A stretch of 64,000 nucleotides of DNA. Origin: Ministeria vibrans ATCC 50519 (Eukaryota; Protista; Filasterea). Made by a program: the position numbers and the translations under genes. The notes beneath the pieces were generated by a model. That model was not told the origin of the DNA. It ran no database searches and saw nothing but the letters and a program-made list of their open reading frames with translations. Of the stretch, positions 62,601-64,000 are shown one piece after another. Numbering within the stretch: the stretch's first letter is position 1; every line of letters starts with the position of its first letter. The DNA lies in assembly GCA_943704425.1 (NCBI GenBank), contig CALSCP010000894.1, positions 1-64,000 of the forward strand. Reading direction: 5' to 3'.

Positions 62601-63980
62601 CGGTCAGGTCTGACACGACGTGCGACGGATCCGTTTATTGCGTGGGCAAAGGGACTGCGTCTGTGTGCCGAGTGGTCTGCGGAGCTTCGCGATGAGTCGC
62701 CACATGTGATTATGTCACAATTGGAGCGTGCGGCGCGAGCGGTGCAGGAGGATGCGGAAGAGGATGGCGACGAGGAAGGTGACGATGGAGGGGAAGGTGA
62801 TGGAAAACGAGCGCTTGCGAGTGCTGCGTACCTGGCACTTGCGCGCTACACAGACCGTCACTTTCAGCAGCTGATTGAACTTGACCAGAGCGAACAGGAC
62901 ACGGAGTTACGCGACCGACTGCAAGCGGAGCAGCGTGAGATTGAGGTGATGAGGAAGCAGAAGGGAATGGATGCGACGCGATCGACTGAGCTGCGGAGCC
63001 GTTCGAAAGATCTTGCTAATCAGATTGATGGGATGAATGAGCAGAGCAAGCGGGTGCGAGCGGATCGTGAGCGGTTCCTTAAGGAAGCACTGAAGAGTTA
63101 CATTAATGTGTTGCGACTGAGTCGTCGTGGTACAAGTGTGAGTGGCTCTGGTGAAGGCGACAGTCCCATGCTCGCCATGTTGCGACTGTGTTCGCTGTGG
63201 CTTGAACATGGCGAGACGCATCCCGGAGCTTTGTCGGCAGTTAAGGAGCGTTTAGGCACGCTGCCTACGCATCACTTTTTGCCTCTGATTCATCAGTTGA
63301 CGGCGCGAATGGGATCAGCCACGACGTGCTTTCAAAAGACGGTGCAAGCGCTTGTACAGCGGGCCGCCGAAGACCATCCACACCATGTGCTGTTTAACCT
63401 GATGGCGTTGGCGGACGCCGAGAAGGAGATGGAGCAGCGTAAGCCGGAGTCGAGGAAGCTGATGTCGAGCAGTGCATTGTCGAGCAGTGGTGTTGGTGCG
63501 CGAGCGGGCAGTGTGGGGCAGGGTACGAGCCAAGACAGTGGGTCGGGGGGTGTGGGGGCGAGTTGCAAGAGTGAGGCGAGTGCGGTGGCAGCAGAGATGA
63601 TTGCCAAGGTGGGAGCGGGGCCGCTGGCCGAGCTGGTAGCGCAGCAGCAGGCACTGGCGGACGCGTACTTTTGGCTGGCGTACCGCTCGAAGCCCAGCCA
63701 GGAGTATCCGACGACCACACCCATTCCCATGAAGGCCAGCGATCCTATCATGTCACTGCGCGGCCTCAAATTGGTACCGGTGCCCACCAGTCACATTCCT
63801 GTGGACCCACAGTGTCGCTACACGAGTCTCGACACGGTGGTCTCCTTCAAACCGACTTTCTGGATTCCAGGTGGAATCAATGCGCCCAAAGTGGTGGAGT
63901 GCATCGGCTCGAGTGGGCGGGTGTACCAGCAGCTTGTCAAGGGGAAGGATGACATGCGCCAAGATGCAGTCATGCAGCAG
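53676..63980 (+). CDS. ATM: ATM/Tel1 PIKK serine/threonine kinase, 5' part (continues beyond the window); missing from the ORF track
   Basis: Exons 53676-53738, 54003-54209 and 54288-63980; the two ends of exon 3 are in the same frame and the track lists no closed ORF in that frame. TAN-like N-terminus CRLLNSSRQAERK|KGYKEL. FAT-type DPDFFYG. FLPLIHQLTAR..HPHH. Kinase N-lobe GGINAPKVVECIGSSGRVYQQLVKGKDDMRQDAVMQQ, then donor gtaaat at 63981. Confidence 0.93.
54792..54863 (+). repeat. In-frame 36-bp tandem duplication in ATM exon 3
   Basis: ggggcacttgaaacgcgtagttcgacacagtgtcgc / ggggcacttgaaacgcctagtttgacacagtgtcgc (2 mismatches), encoding GALETRSSTQCR GALETPSLTQCR. Confidence 0.9.
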
Positions 63981-64000
63981 GTAAATAATACGCTTTTGAT

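Noticed and set aside
54008-63962. Many short ORFs on both strands in the right-hand 10 kb, and shadow ORFs over the other long genes
   Set aside because: They are off-frame or antisense shadows of GC-rich coding exons; the real frame here is ATM.
1-64000. tRNA, rRNA or transposable elements
   Set aside because: I recognised no such structures, transposase/RT motifs or terminal repeats by eye; small RNAs cannot be excluded without a covariance search.

Overview
This is eukaryotic genomic DNA: GC-rich exons, short AT-rich GT-AG introns, microsatellites and two N gaps. It is most likely from a unicellular eukaryote; the species cannot be determined from the sequence. The ORF track fragments the genes, so I rebuilt exon models by hand and found eight genes. 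(1) A 3'-truncated adhesion GPCR (- strand) with EGF repeats, two receptor-L-type solenoids, a ZU5-like domain, GAIN/GPS and 7TM. (2) A RING/TRAF-zinc-finger + BTB + very long pentapeptide-repeat protein. (3) A ~6235-aa RNF213/mysterin-like AAA+ E3 ligase with an intact RZ finger, no visible RING and an N-terminal NHL propeller. (4-6) Three tandem intronless type II membrane proteins with EKNW-type five-bladed propeller (GH130/GT91-like) motifs. (7) A ~4797-aa type I surface protein. (8) The 5' ~3320 codons of an ATM kinase, absent from the ORF track because its frame runs off the window. The standout is gene 7. Its architecture is signal peptide, amidoligase (COOH-NH2 ligase, Amidoligase_2-like) domain, RDRR convertase site, ~81 EGF modules (7 split by an unknown ~135-aa insert), ZU5 with an HFS autoproteolysis motif, TM helix and a signalling tail. 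This suggests a releasable enzyme on a giant Notch-like stalk. Family calls rest on motif recognition only; no searches were run.
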